From IMG/VR virus record IMGVR_UViG_3300034069_001183: a DNA stretch of 64,000 bases. One strand, 5' to 3'. The notes beneath the pieces are model-generated. The model saw only the letters and a program-made list of their open reading frames with translations. It had not been told where the DNA came from and ran no database searches. The position numbers and the translations under genes are program-made. Positions 29,356 to 38,841 of this stretch are shown in pieces. The DNA comes from an uncultured virus (IMG/VR IMGVR_UViG_3300034069_001183) (Duplodnaviria > Heunggongvirae > Uroviricota > Caudoviricetes). Numbering within the stretch: the first letter of the stretch is position 1; each line of letters begins with the position of its first letter.

Positions 29356-30492
29356 CTACTCCTCCTCGTGTGCTCCGTTTTCCATCAACCACTCTTCGAT
29401 CAGCGTCTCAGTTACTTCATTCTGTTGACTAGCCTTCTGAATACTCTCCCAGATAGCTTCGAACTGCTTATCTGTGTATTCCATCTTAGACTTGTCACGA
29501 TCTCTGAGAATCTGATCAACTATTTTCTGGATAGTCTCAGCATCTTCTGGATCTGCTGCAGCTTTTACTTGTACTGTGAGCTGTCGGATGTTATACTCCT
29601 TCTTAACATCTTCATCATCGCCCATTACAAACTCCTTAACAGCTGAGCCAGTCTTTTTGAGCACCTCCTTAGCACCACCAACCAAGTCTTCTCTCGTTGA
29701 CTTAGGATTCTTCACAGTTTCTACAAAGTCCTTAATACTTTCTTTAGGACTCTTAGACATTTCACGAGCATCTTTGACTGCTTCGGTTAGCTCTTCTTTT
29801 ACTACATCTGCCATTATTGCAGCTTTCTTCAAAAATTTTCTAATTTTATTCATACTAATTGATTTATATTCACTAATAAGGGTTTTAGCGGTTCTCTTAG
29901 TTTCTTGTACCTCGCAGTAGTTGTCAGAATAAAACCTATTACAAAGTATCCTATCAAGGTTCATGGCGATTAATTCTGCTAGCTTATCATGACCGAAACA
30001 GAATTCCTCAGGGTGTCTTAGTATGTACTTAAGATCAAATAGTACATACTTCTCTACTTCCCCCGATTCACCTCCTCTGGTAATGGTAGACAATTCATTT
30101 CTACTACTCATTATAAACCTAAGCATTTCATGTTCTAAGATTGTCATGTACCTCAGAGTGATGTTTCCATTGTTAGTATTAGGTCCATCATCTAGTCCGC
30201 AAAAATGTAGGTCCCCAGGATTTACAACTAGTCCTGTCTCCTCTAGTAATTCCCTGACTGCACCTCCTCTAATATACTGGTCTGCAAAATCATAGTACCC
30301 ACAAGGCATACAATACAGGCCTACATTATCAGGGCAACCAGGACCTCTCTTTTCAAACAAGAATAATAAGTTTTCAGTTGGATCCATGCCCTTATCATTC
30401 CAACAACACACTGAACATACTGTGGCAATGCTAGGAGAAAACCACCTAACCTTACCATCCTCCTTACAAGTAAACGGTTTATTTGTTTCCAT
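29356..30492 (-). CDS. Nudix hydrolase fused in-frame to a second helical protein (internal start 29853)
   Basis: Nudix box GGAVRELLEETGL; internal promoter motif at 29870-29891. Confidence 0.75.
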   Translation of the reverse strand: METNKPFTCKEDGKVRWFSPSIATVCSVCCWNDKGMDPTENLLFLFEKRGPGCPDNVGLYCMPCGYYDFADQYIRGGAVRELLEETGLVVNPGDLHFCGLDDGPNTNNGNITLRYMTILEHEMLRFIMSSRNELSTITRGGESGEVEKYVLFDLKYILRHPEEFCFGHDKLAELIAMNLDRILCNRFYSDNYCEVQETKRTAKTLISEYKSISMNKIRKFLKKAAIMADVVKEELTEAVKDAREMSKSPKESIKDFVETVKNPKSTREDLVGGAKEVLKKTGSAVKEFVMGDDEDVKKEYNIRQLTVQVKAAADPEDAETIQKIVDQILRDRDKSKMEYTDKQFEAIWESIQKASQQNEVTETLIEEWLMENGAHEEE

Positions 30493-31090
30493 AATTTTTT
30501 GAAATATACTCTAATTTCTCTTTAAACACTAGGGGACTTATTCCTGCCATTATTACCACGGCGGGAACATGTCTCTTACTCATGTCCTTCACAAATAACC
30601 AGGGAACAGCACCTAGGTTAATATCTTCTACTGACCAAGGACAATTACCTCCGCCGTAATCCTTTGGCAGATTATATTCTAGTGGGTATGTGCTGAAATA
30701 ACCCTCATCATCCTCACTACCAACAAATGCAAAAGGTACCTCTATTATATCACCTTCAGAATTTTCATATGGTCCCTCTGCATTACAATCATAGGGTGCA
30801 TCATTCCAGTCATCACCCCATTGTTCTAGGAGGTCAAGTCTTGTAAAATATGCAGAGTGTGTTCTACTGGTTTGATCATATTCTGGATTAGGTAGGTCTT
30901 TGTATACTACCTTAGAATTATACTGCATCACTCCATACTCCTTTACGAAATCCTTGTACTCCTGAGATTCAAAGTACTGTTTTGTTGATTCAGTAGGTCC
31001 GTATATGGTAGGGCTAATTTCATCAATATAACAGAGCTTGTAATTATTCAGGCTCTCATCAATCTCACTTAATAATACTGTCTTACTCAT
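30479..31090 (-). CDS. Hypothetical phage protein
   Basis: QWGDDWNDAPYDCNA motif. Confidence 0.65.
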   Translation of the reverse strand: MSKTVLLSEIDESLNNYKLCYIDEISPTIYGPTESTKQYFESQEYKDFVKEYGVMQYNSKVVYKDLPNPEYDQTSRTHSAYFTRLDLLEQWGDDWNDAPYDCNAEGPYENSEGDIIEVPFAFVGSEDDEGYFSTYPLEYNLPKDYGGGNCPWSVEDINLGAVPWLFVKDMSKRHVPAVVIMAGISPLVFKEKLEYISKNYGNK

Positions 31091-31917
31091 GGGAATACTT
31101 GCTTAAATGGTTTAATATTACCGCCCATTATATTTCGCTTACTGTTTTTATCCTCCAGTATTGCAAAACATATCTGACTAAACATATTCTCAAACTCAGA
31201 TTCACTTAGGACTTCTCTGAATGATTCTGCTGTCTGTAGTGGATTATTACCATATGCACCACAACCAAAGGCACCTAGTACTAATTTTCTATGTCCCTCC
31301 AGTAATGCTATCCTAAGTATTGTTCGTATCTTACCTTTCAATACTGTCAAGTCCTTCTCCATCATTTCACCATTACTATTTAAGTCTGGTCTCTTAATGG
31401 CTGGTACTGTGATAATTGAGCAGGTGAAAGGGTCCGATAAGTAGCTGTAAGACGTAGCGGCTCTAAATACTGTTACGTTCCTACTATAAATCCCACCAAA
31501 CTCAGATATTGGATATGCTTGCCTTACTAGTTTATCACCAAACGTACCTAGCCGCTTTTGATCACAGCTATATAAGGACCGAACTAAACTGCTCCTCCTA
31601 CACAGCTCTTCTTCCTGTGCTTTAGATCCTCTCTCAACACCACCACCAGGACAATAGAAAGATGCCATATTAAGTACAGCACAGTCAGGACCTAGTTTTT
31701 TAGCAGCGAGTAGTGTATCTGTGTTCTCTACCCAAATCTTAGTAGGGCCAGAGGGAGCATAGTTTTTATTTTTCACACTCAATGTCCTCTTATAGTATCT
31801 AGTAGTTGGTAAGGTTAATTCATGCCACTTACCGTCAGAATCTAGATATCCTTCATTACTAATTACATCACAAGTGTCTTTAAAAATCTCTACTAATTCA
31901 CTTTTAGATTTTGTCAT
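31087..31917 (-). CDS. TIGR02452 family / bacterial PARG-like macrodomain protein
   Basis: LNMAS..PGGG...AQEEELCRRS and LVLGAFGCGAYGN. Confidence 0.85.
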   Translation of the reverse strand: MTKSKSELVEIFKDTCDVISNEGYLDSDGKWHELTLPTTRYYKRTLSVKNKNYAPSGPTKIWVENTDTLLAAKKLGPDCAVLNMASFYCPGGGVERGSKAQEEELCRRSSLVRSLYSCDQKRLGTFGDKLVRQAYPISEFGGIYSRNVTVFRAATSYSYLSDPFTCSIITVPAIKRPDLNSNGEMMEKDLTVLKGKIRTILRIALLEGHRKLVLGAFGCGAYGNNPLQTAESFREVLSESEFENMFSQICFAILEDKNSKRNIMGGNIKPFKQVFP

Positions 31918-31947
31918 GTCTCTTTGATTAATTTATATTATTAAGGA

Positions 31948-32352
31948 TTATAGGCTTATTCCCTCTACTACATTACTACCTTGTTTTAGCATACTCAGTT
32001 CATCATATATTTTTCTCTTGAGTGTACCTGGTTTAGGGAGGGGATAGAAAACAGTACCTCTATTATCCCATAACCAATCATTTAGGTCACTCACAGGGGA
32101 ACCAAATATTGTCTCAACTTCAGGCTCATAGTAGAACCATTCATCTAAGAACTCAACTTTATAATCGGCAAGTCTTAGGTGAAGTTTTAATTCCATTGTT
32201 CTATCACCATCTCTCCAAGCAATAAATTCGCCCATTGGATTATGTAGGTTATATGCTGTTTCTCTTGCTTCCTTACTACCGTCCCCTGTATAACCCACCT
32301 TAACTGCTTTCCTTGAACTCTTGAAAGCACCGGTTCCAAATAAATATAACAT
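31948..32352 (-). CDS. T5orf172/GIY-YIG-like nuclease domain protein
   Basis: LYLF...VKVGYT...R...HNP...E..LH...EWF. Confidence 0.6.
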   Translation of the reverse strand: MLYLFGTGAFKSSRKAVKVGYTGDGSKEARETAYNLHNPMGEFIAWRDGDRTMELKLHLRLADYKVEFLDEWFYYEPEVETIFGSPVSDLNDWLWDNRGTVFYPLPKPGTLKRKIYDELSMLKQGSNVVEGISL

Positions 32353-32477
32353 AATGAAAAAATAAAAATGCCAACATTACCTCGACACAAAACAAACGAG
32401 GTAGGCATTTGACCAACATCTTAAATAAATAATTACTCTTGATTAATTTATGTACCTATTATTTTCCGGTACCTTTT

Positions 32478-33092
32478 CTACATCTTCACAAATTCTATCA
32501 CATTGCCTGGCCTATTGATGTAACAAGTGGTAATTCCTGTGTATGGATTGGTAGTGTACAGTTTAACATTGTACGGCTCACCTTTCTCATTGACCATACC
32601 ATCATAAGAACGACCCATCCAGTCTGTACTTAAGTCACCAGGTACAGTTTGATATCCTGAGTAACCTGTCGATAAGCTAGGGTCGTTGATTAAGTTATAT
32701 GAATTCTTATCAAATAACCTATTAACATTACTAGCTACTGACGAAAGTGACTGAATAATCTCCATAGTTCCACCGCAAACCATCTGACCAATTTTCAGAC
32801 CATTCACTACGTTACGTCCAAATTCACTGTTCATTGCATTACCGCCACATTGATTCTGAGGCTGCGCTTGAACTCCCGTGTTGTAGGATGGATTTGAACC
32901 CCTTGGAGGAACTGTTGAAAAACCACGCTCCTTGATTTGTTGTTCTGCTGGCATGTCATCAATACCCTGAGGTCCTTGGTTAGAATTACTCTTACCCAAT
33001 TCCCTAATGCCTGCGAAAACAACTGCACCACTTACTGCTGCCACTAATACTTTAAGACCTAGAATGGCAATTTTAGAATAATTAAGATTCAT
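32478..33092 (-). CDS. Membrane-anchored hypothetical protein
   Basis: N-terminal hydrophobic helix. Confidence 0.65.
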   Translation of the reverse strand: MNLNYSKIAILGLKVLVAAVSGAVVFAGIRELGKSNSNQGPQGIDDMPAEQQIKERGFSTVPPRGSNPSYNTGVQAQPQNQCGGNAMNSEFGRNVVNGLKIGQMVCGGTMEIIQSLSSVASNVNRLFDKNSYNLINDPSLSTGYSGYQTVPGDLSTDWMGRSYDGMVNEKGEPYNVKLYTTNPYTGITTCYINRPGNVIEFVKM

Positions 33093-33258
33093 CTAAGATT
33101 CTTTTAAATGTTTGACTAAAAATTTTCTTTTTCTCATAATAATTTTACTAATCTACCAGTCGGATAATTGATTCTCTAGCGCTATTTTTCGATTCAAATA
33201 TCTTCACTTATAAGGAATAGAGACCTTTGTAATACGGAAGCCTTCAATCCCTTATAAT

Positions 33259-33358
33259 TGATAGAGCAAATGTTGTAAGGCTTATATATGTTAATTGCCT
33301 TGTGTAAAACTATTAAAATGAACTTTTCTAGTTAGCTTGGCTCTATCATTTTTTTTTT
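33259..33358 (+). ncRNA. Candidate ~100-nt small RNA
   Basis: Promoter at 33238-33260; closing stem TGATAGAGC/GCTCTATCA followed by a T-tract; inner hairpin with a UGUUAA loop. Confidence 0.55.
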
Positions 33359-33389
33359 CGTCCCCATGGAAATAAAAAAGAAGGAGAAC

Positions 33390-33518
33390 TTAATTGTCTC
33401 CCTCTTTATTTTCTTTTTCTTCTTTACCACAGCACCAGTATTTTACTGTTGCTTTAATCTCTTTCCATACCACACTCAGAAATGTTACTGAGAGTGGCTC
33501 TTCTGTAATATTATTCAT
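33390..33518 (-). CDS. Small hypothetical protein (42 aa)
   Basis: Translated by hand: MNNITEEPLSVTF... Confidence 0.45.
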   Translation of the reverse strand: MNNITEEPLSVTFLSVVWKEIKATVKYWCCGKEEKENKEGDN

Positions 33519-33529
33519 ATCTTAAAATA

Positions 33530-33679
33530 TTATTCGGTTAAATACTCTACTAATTCTCTCTTGACTTTGTGGAGCTCATGCATGATGAGCTTACCAACTA
33601 TTATCGATCCAATTACTAGAACCATCATCGTTGTATAGATGACTGTCCAAAATAAGATCCAACTTTGATCCACTGTCAT
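33530..33679 (-). CDS. Small membrane protein (49 aa)
   Basis: MTVDQSWILFWTVIY...; promoter motif at 33713-33734. Confidence 0.55.
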   Translation of the reverse strand: MTVDQSWILFWTVIYTTMMVLVIGSIIVGKLIMHELHKVKRELVEYLTE

Positions 33680-33746
33680 AATTGTATGTATTTGATTGTT
33701 AATATCTTTATTACACTAATAAGGGATTTAGGACATCATAGGGAGC

Positions 33747-33818
33747 AAAAAAAGAGTAGCCCAATCTCACGACTAAGCTAACTCTCCCAATAAAATTATA
33801 ATTATGACTTTGTATATA
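33747..33818 (-). ncRNA. Candidate small RNA (anti-TIR segment, GUGA hairpin, U-tract)
   Basis: Promoter GCCCTAGGAACCTTATAGGTGT; hairpin AGAGTTAGCTTAGTC-GTGA-GATTGGGCTACTCT followed by a U-tract. Confidence 0.55.
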
Positions 33819-33845
33819 CACCTATAAGGTTCCTAGGGCTTTTAA

Positions 33846-34856
33846 TTACAGACCTAACTTATTAAGCACCATTTCTATGTTATGCTTTATGAGTACCTTA
33901 TCACTATCACTCCACTTATCCTTTTTCATCTGAAGTTCTAGTGTTTCTCTTGCATTCAGCTGTGCATCCATCTTGGTAAATCTGCTACATTCCCAGTCAA
34001 TTACAGCAGCTGTCCAATCCATCTTGCACCAACCATGTAATTTACCATAGTCTAGGTGATGGTCTGCATGTGTTCTGTGAAATTCTTTGACAGTAGGATA
34101 CTTACAGAATAATTTTAACCAGGGCTTTTCTATATCGTGAAGTAGGTATTTCCATCTCCAGACTTTATGATTTAGCGCAGTCATTTGGAAAGCAGACCAA
34201 TGTGCAAACCAATACTTAAAACTACTCCTATCACTCCTACGAAAACCGAAATCCCTAGCAAGAAACTTTCTAATTTCTTCAACTACCTGCAAGCTGAATT
34301 TTTCGACATCATCTCCAGCCTTAAATTCAATAAGGATTGTCGGAAGGCATATTTCTGAGTTAACCATATAGAATCTCATCAGCTGTACACCTCCCCCTTG
34401 ATCATTAAAATCAAGAGTCAAAGATGTATAACCTTTACTTTCTTCAAGGAAATCTAGACATATTACATACTCGTTTTTATTCTCCTTAAGCTCCTCTAAC
34501 TTAGCACCATACGTAGATAATTCATTGATCTTACTACATAGGTACTCTGGTGTTAATTTCTCTCCCATTTTTATCGTTTTAAATGTTACTACTTCTGCAT
34601 CGGGTGATAGTTTAAAATACTTCTCGTCATCACAAAATAGCGGAGAATTGTCACCATATCGAGCATTCATAAGGTCTTCAAATTCTGTAGATTCTTTGAT
34701 AAATGGTTCACACTCGCTTATCTTATCCGTGGGTGAGTAGGATACAAGATACACTCCTTTATCCTCGCTGTAATTAAATCTGATCGTTAACCACCTATAA
34801 CGGCCTACTAAGTACTTAAACCAATCTCTAAGTTCTTTTTCTATCTTACTTTTCAT
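33846..34856 (-). CDS. Multi-domain protein with C-terminal HD-like domain
   Basis: AHW...LHDIEKP...HRTHADHH...DWECSR. Confidence 0.6.
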   Translation of the reverse strand: MKSKIEKELRDWFKYLVGRYRWLTIRFNYSEDKGVYLVSYSPTDKISECEPFIKESTEFEDLMNARYGDNSPLFCDDEKYFKLSPDAEVVTFKTIKMGEKLTPEYLCSKINELSTYGAKLEELKENKNEYVICLDFLEESKGYTSLTLDFNDQGGGVQLMRFYMVNSEICLPTILIEFKAGDDVEKFSLQVVEEIRKFLARDFGFRRSDRSSFKYWFAHWSAFQMTALNHKVWRWKYLLHDIEKPWLKLFCKYPTVKEFHRTHADHHLDYGKLHGWCKMDWTAAVIDWECSRFTKMDAQLNARETLELQMKKDKWSDSDKVLIKHNIEMVLNKLGL

Positions 34857-35235
34857 AATACGTGTATATTGAGGGACTGTATAAGTTAACATTATCATAT
34901 CCCACATCCATTACTTCTTCTATATAATCTTTTACTAGTTCACAACTTCTGACTAATGATTTCTCACTAAGCTGATCTTCCCAAAGTTTATTAGTAGTTA
35001 GGCTCCCATTACTGTTAACTATTATTGACTTAACCTCTAATTTTCCATCAGGCTCATTTATAGTAATTGTAAGTTCCTCTGAATTTCCTTCTAACTTTAC
35101 AATAAGGGTTTCACAAGGAACAGCACTAGTAAAATCGTAGACTTTGTATTTACTACCTACTAGTCTACTCATTAATCTTGTTTTTATTGTATAACTATCT
35201 AATAACATTTCATCACCTCTTATCATTATCTTCAC
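34846..35235 (-). CDS. Hypothetical protein
   Basis: ORF; promoter motif at 35258-35280. Confidence 0.6.
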   Translation of the reverse strand: MKIMIRGDEMLLDSYTIKTRLMSRLVGSKYKVYDFTSAVPCETLIVKLEGNSEELTITINEPDGKLEVKSIIVNSNGSLTTNKLWEDQLSEKSLVRSCELVKDYIEEVMDVGYDNVNLYSPSIYTYYEK

Positions 35236-35294
35236 TAAAGCGGACTCTGTATTATTTACACAGGTAAGGGTTCTAGGGCCGTGAAACTAGAAAG

Positions 35295-35317
35295 CCTTGA
35301 AAACCTTAATAGTGTAA
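35295..35317 (+). promoter_or_regulatory. Phage promoter motif for the amidoligase operon
   Basis: CCTTGAAAACCTTAATAGTGTAA. Confidence 0.65.
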
Positions 35318-35380
35318 TGAGAATTAAAATTTTATCTTATGTTAATATGTGTAATATGTTAAGAAAAATTTTAGTAGATT

Positions 35381-35428
35381 ACCTTTGTTCATCGGTGATT
35401 AGTAACGGTTCGAATCCGTTCAGAGGCA
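35381..35428 (+). ncRNA. tRNA-like minihelix (acceptor stem plus T-arm) in the operon leader
   Basis: CCTTTG/CAGAGG stem stacked on AACGG-TTCGAAT-CCGTT. Confidence 0.5.
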
Positions 35429-35489
35429 CTATGAGCTATTCCACAGATAGCTCATTAATAATTAACGTTAATTTTATAAATCAATTAAG

Positions 35490-36557
35490 ATGAACAAATT
35501 TTTAATCTACACAAGTAACTTGGATAGAAATCCAAGAAGCATGCGAGATGTTATTAAGTTTGCTCAGCAGACTCCAAAGTTCTACCTAGCAAGTGTAGAG
35601 CTCAGTGACGTACTAGGAGATGTCCGAGAAGGTGATAATATTATCACAAAGAAAGGAAACTCTATCTATGTGATTAGAGCAATCTCCGAGTCAGTAGATG
35701 ACTGGTCAGATGAGACTAGGGAGTATGTAGAAGAACTTTCACGCCAGTATGGACTTAAGAGGTGTAATATTACAAGTATTGCACAGGTGGTTAAGTTTGA
35801 GACCTGGTGTAAGCAAGGAAGAGCAATTATTAACAAAACAACAAAAGAAAAAACAATGGGAAGTATTAGCAATCTCAGCAAGTCAATGTTTGCAAAGTTC
35901 ATGCCTGCAAAGGCAGAGGGTGTTCGCGTATCAATGGATGGTAACATCTGTGTTGAAACTAGCGAGGGTTATGTAACAATCGACGCCAATAATAAGTTGG
36001 CATCTTACCCAGAGGAGTTCACAGTTGACCTTCCAGTGTTCACAATTTGCAAGTCAATTGATCAGTTGGCAGTTGGTGATATCATCAAGTGTCCTAAGAG
36101 CTATGCTAAGATCACAAAGATCGAGGGTGAGAAGTTGACCGCTATCAGCTTTACTGGTACAGGTAAGGTTGTTCACACCATTAAGGATATCTTGTTCAAC
36201 CAGACAACAGTTCGCGTTGTTGTATCAATGGTTGGAAACATTGGTGGTCAGATGAACCCAATGATGATGATGGCACTTATGGACAAGGAGTCTGGATCTG
36301 GTAAGAGTCTTGACACAACTGCCTTGCTTGCTATGATGTCTATGAACCAGAATGGTGGAAACCTTGGCATCAATCCAATGATGATGATGCTCATGGGCGG
36401 AGGCGATGATAAGTCATCACTCAAGGATCTTCTACTCATGTCTGCAATGACTGGTGGCAATGGATTCAATATGTTCCAGGGCTTCGGTGGTATGCAGCAG
36501 GGTCCAGCAAAACCAGCAGCAGAAGTAAAACCTGAAGGGGAAGGCGCTGCTGAGTAA
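35490..36557 (+). CDS. Hypothetical protein with Met/Gly-rich C-terminal repeats
   Basis: NPMMMM occurs twice; possible internal start MGSIS. Confidence 0.7.
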   Translation: MNKFLIYTSNLDRNPRSMRDVIKFAQQTPKFYLASVELSDVLGDVREGDNIITKKGNSIYVIRAISESVDDWSDETREYVEELSRQYGLKRCNITSIAQVVKFETWCKQGRAIINKTTKEKTMGSISNLSKSMFAKFMPAKAEGVRVSMDGNICVETSEGYVTIDANNKLASYPEEFTVDLPVFTICKSIDQLAVGDIIKCPKSYAKITKIEGEKLTAISFTGTGKVVHTIKDILFNQTTVRVVVSMVGNIGGQMNPMMMMALMDKESGSGKSLDTTALLAMMSMNQNGGNLGINPMMMMLMGGGDDKSSLKDLLLMSAMTGGNGFNMFQGFGGMQQGPAKPAAEVKPEGEGAAE

Positions 36558-36622
36558 GTAGGATTATTGAGATAGGTACTTTTCTGTGGGAAGTACCTAT
36601 TTCTTTTTAGAATTAGGATAGT

Positions 36623-37414
36623 ATGAGTAATGCAATTTTTAGATTCTTAGGTTATTATACTGATTACGAGTATAAGATCCAAGGAATGAAGGACTATAAG
36701 AAAGCTGGTAATACTGCTTGTTTTGCTGAGGCCCTTCAAAGAATGAGATCTAATTTTGAAACGAGTGAAAAATTTAGCGGGTCTTACAAAATCAAGATCT
36801 ATAGAACACAGTATCAAATTAGTAAGAGTAAAAGCAATTTCTGCCTACTTAGTAAGAAAGAGATCAGAGATTATATAAATATTCTCAAGAAAGTAGTTAA
36901 ATTCAGGTGGAGATTCTTGAAAGACAATAAAGACTATTTTACTGTCAAAGCGGATATCCAGGAGGGTTATCATACAACACATAGGGCAGTTCTATTTTGG
37001 ATTAGAAACTTATACGAGTTCCCATTTAATGTACTTGTGAAAGATGCTGAGTTATTCAGAAAAGATCACAGGTATAGTTATATTGGTGCTCTCAACATAC
37101 ACAGACTTGTTTATATATCTAATTGTCTTAACGAGGATTGTCATTCAATGTTTAAGTATCGCTATAATAGTCTTGGGACATTGGATGAATACCAGAGAGC
37201 GTTTAACAATGACAGAGAACTCTACGTGTCTGATACAATCCGTGATATTGCTAACAGTATTGAAATTGAGGGACCAATCGGAACTGCTTGTTCTGATCTA
37301 GATAAACTTAAGTCTCTGGAATTTTGGACAGAACTAGAAGATGACTGTCCACAAAGAAAAGATAGGTTTGAAGTGTACAGTAAGAATTTAAAACATTATA
37401 CTAGAAAAAGATGA
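36623..37414 (+). CDS. Hypothetical protein (amidoligase operon)
   Basis: ORF overlapping the next gene. Confidence 0.65.
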   Translation: MSNAIFRFLGYYTDYEYKIQGMKDYKKAGNTACFAEALQRMRSNFETSEKFSGSYKIKIYRTQYQISKSKSNFCLLSKKEIRDYINILKKVVKFRWRFLKDNKDYFTVKADIQEGYHTTHRAVLFWIRNLYEFPFNVLVKDAELFRKDHRYSYIGALNIHRLVYISNCLNEDCHSMFKYRYNSLGTLDEYQRAFNNDRELYVSDTIRDIANSIEIEGPIGTACSDLDKLKSLEFWTELEDDCPQRKDRFEVYSKNLKHYTRKR

Positions 37415-38049
37415 AAGTATTTGTAGTAGGATCAGCAGTTTATTATGCTAAGTTTCTGAAAAATGTAGAACTAGTAGAGAAACAAGAAGATGCTGATGTG
37501 GTATTGTTTACAGGTGGTGAAGATGTTGATCCAAGCACCTATGGACACCGCCGACATCCTCGCACATATTCAAATATACTGAGAGATGAGGAAGAAATCG
37601 AAGTGTTCAAGAAGATTCGTAATGATCAGCTTGCATTTGGTATCTGTAGAGGCTCTCAGTTCTTATGTGCAGTTAACGGCGGAAAATTGGTGCAAGACTG
37701 TAACAATCATGCAATAGGTGGCACACATGAGATAACTGATGGAAAGTCTGTGTACGATATAACATCAACCCATCACCAAATGCAGTATCCATATAACCTG
37801 GGAGACTCTGAGTATGATGTTCTCTACAAGTCACTAGAAAATAGGTCAAACTATTATGAGGGAGACGATGAAATAGATAGTGACAAGATAGAGAAACTTG
37901 GAGAGCCTGAGATTGTACTGTATAAGGTAGAGGGAAATCCAGTATCTCTTGCAGTACAGGGACATCCAGAAATGATTCCTACATCACCAGTTGCAGAGAT
38001 GATTAGTGAGTTGGTTGAAAAATATAGTAAGGAGGTTAAGAAAGTATGA
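37411..38049 (+). CDS. Class I glutamine amidotransferase (peptidase C26-like)
   Basis: FTGGEDVDP, GICRG, HHQ and QGHPE. Confidence 0.85.
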   Translation: MKVFVVGSAVYYAKFLKNVELVEKQEDADVVLFTGGEDVDPSTYGHRRHPRTYSNILRDEEEIEVFKKIRNDQLAFGICRGSQFLCAVNGGKLVQDCNNHAIGGTHEITDGKSVYDITSTHHQMQYPYNLGDSEYDVLYKSLENRSNYYEGDDEIDSDKIEKLGEPEIVLYKVEGNPVSLAVQGHPEMIPTSPVAEMISELVEKYSKEVKKV

Positions 38050-38837
38050 GACTGAGAAACATTACAGTAGGTGCAGATCCAGAGCTTTTTATAGTAAATG
38101 AAAAGACTGGAAAAGTAGTATCATCAATCGGTATTATCCCAGGTGAAAAGGGAAATGCATGGAAGTCTGATGATATGCCAGAGGGATTTGGTATTGAGGT
38201 AGATAATATCCTAGGCGAATTCAACATTCCACCTTGTAAGACTAAGGAGGAATTCATTAACAATATCGAATATATGAAAGATTATATTGATAGGTTTGTT
38301 AAGGAGAAGAACCCAGACTTAGGAATTCAGTGTATTGCGTCAAGAGAAGTAGATGAAGATCAACTACAATCAGATGAAGCTAAGCTCTTTGGTTGTAGTC
38401 CTGATTTCAATGCTTATACTGAAATGGAGAATGAGAAGCCTGATGGTGAATCAACAAATCTTAGGTCAGCTGGTTTTCATATTCACATTGGGTATGATAA
38501 CAATGACATAGATACTTCAGTCCAGCTTGTTAAGTACTTGGATCTCTACTTAGGGGTTCCAGCAGTAATAGATGATCCCGACAAGAAGAGAAGATCACTT
38601 TATGGTAAGGCAGGTTCATTCAGACTTACACATTACGGAGTTGAGTATAGGTCATTATCTAGCGCTATGATGAAGGATAAAAAGACCCTCAAGAAAGTTT
38701 GGTATAGAATTGTATCAGCCATAGATGCATTCAATTATGAGAAAGAACTCCCATCATCTAGTGCAGTAAGAAAAGCGATTGATAACAGTTCAGTTGAGAT
38801 GGCTAAGAAATTAGTTGAACAATTTGACCTAGTATAA
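38046..38837 (+). CDS. phiEco32-like COOH-NH2 ligase type 2
   Basis: GADPELF, DN..EFN, FGCSPD, RSAGFHIH, RRSLYGKAG and YGVEYR. Confidence 0.85.
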   Translation: MRLRNITVGADPELFIVNEKTGKVVSSIGIIPGEKGNAWKSDDMPEGFGIEVDNILGEFNIPPCKTKEEFINNIEYMKDYIDRFVKEKNPDLGIQCIASREVDEDQLQSDEAKLFGCSPDFNAYTEMENEKPDGESTNLRSAGFHIHIGYDNNDIDTSVQLVKYLDLYLGVPAVIDDPDKKRRSLYGKAGSFRLTHYGVEYRSLSSAMMKDKKTLKKVWYRIVSAIDAFNYEKELPSSSAVRKAIDNSSVEMAKKLVEQFDLV

Positions 38838-38841
38838 AGTT

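Noticed and set aside
29065..30295. Plus-strand ORFs 29065, 29576 and 30023, and similar antisense ORFs elsewhere
   Set aside because: They are shadows of well-supported opposite-strand genes, with Ser/Leu/Phe-rich composition.
32360..32475. Fourth anti-TIR sRNA unit
   Set aside because: It has an anti-ATG-like segment and a terminator-like hairpin but no recognisable promoter motif; it is adequately explained as a 3' UTR.
35281..35493. 70-aa ORF upstream of the amidoligase operon
   Set aside because: It starts upstream of the promoter motif and overlaps the structured leader; probably spurious.
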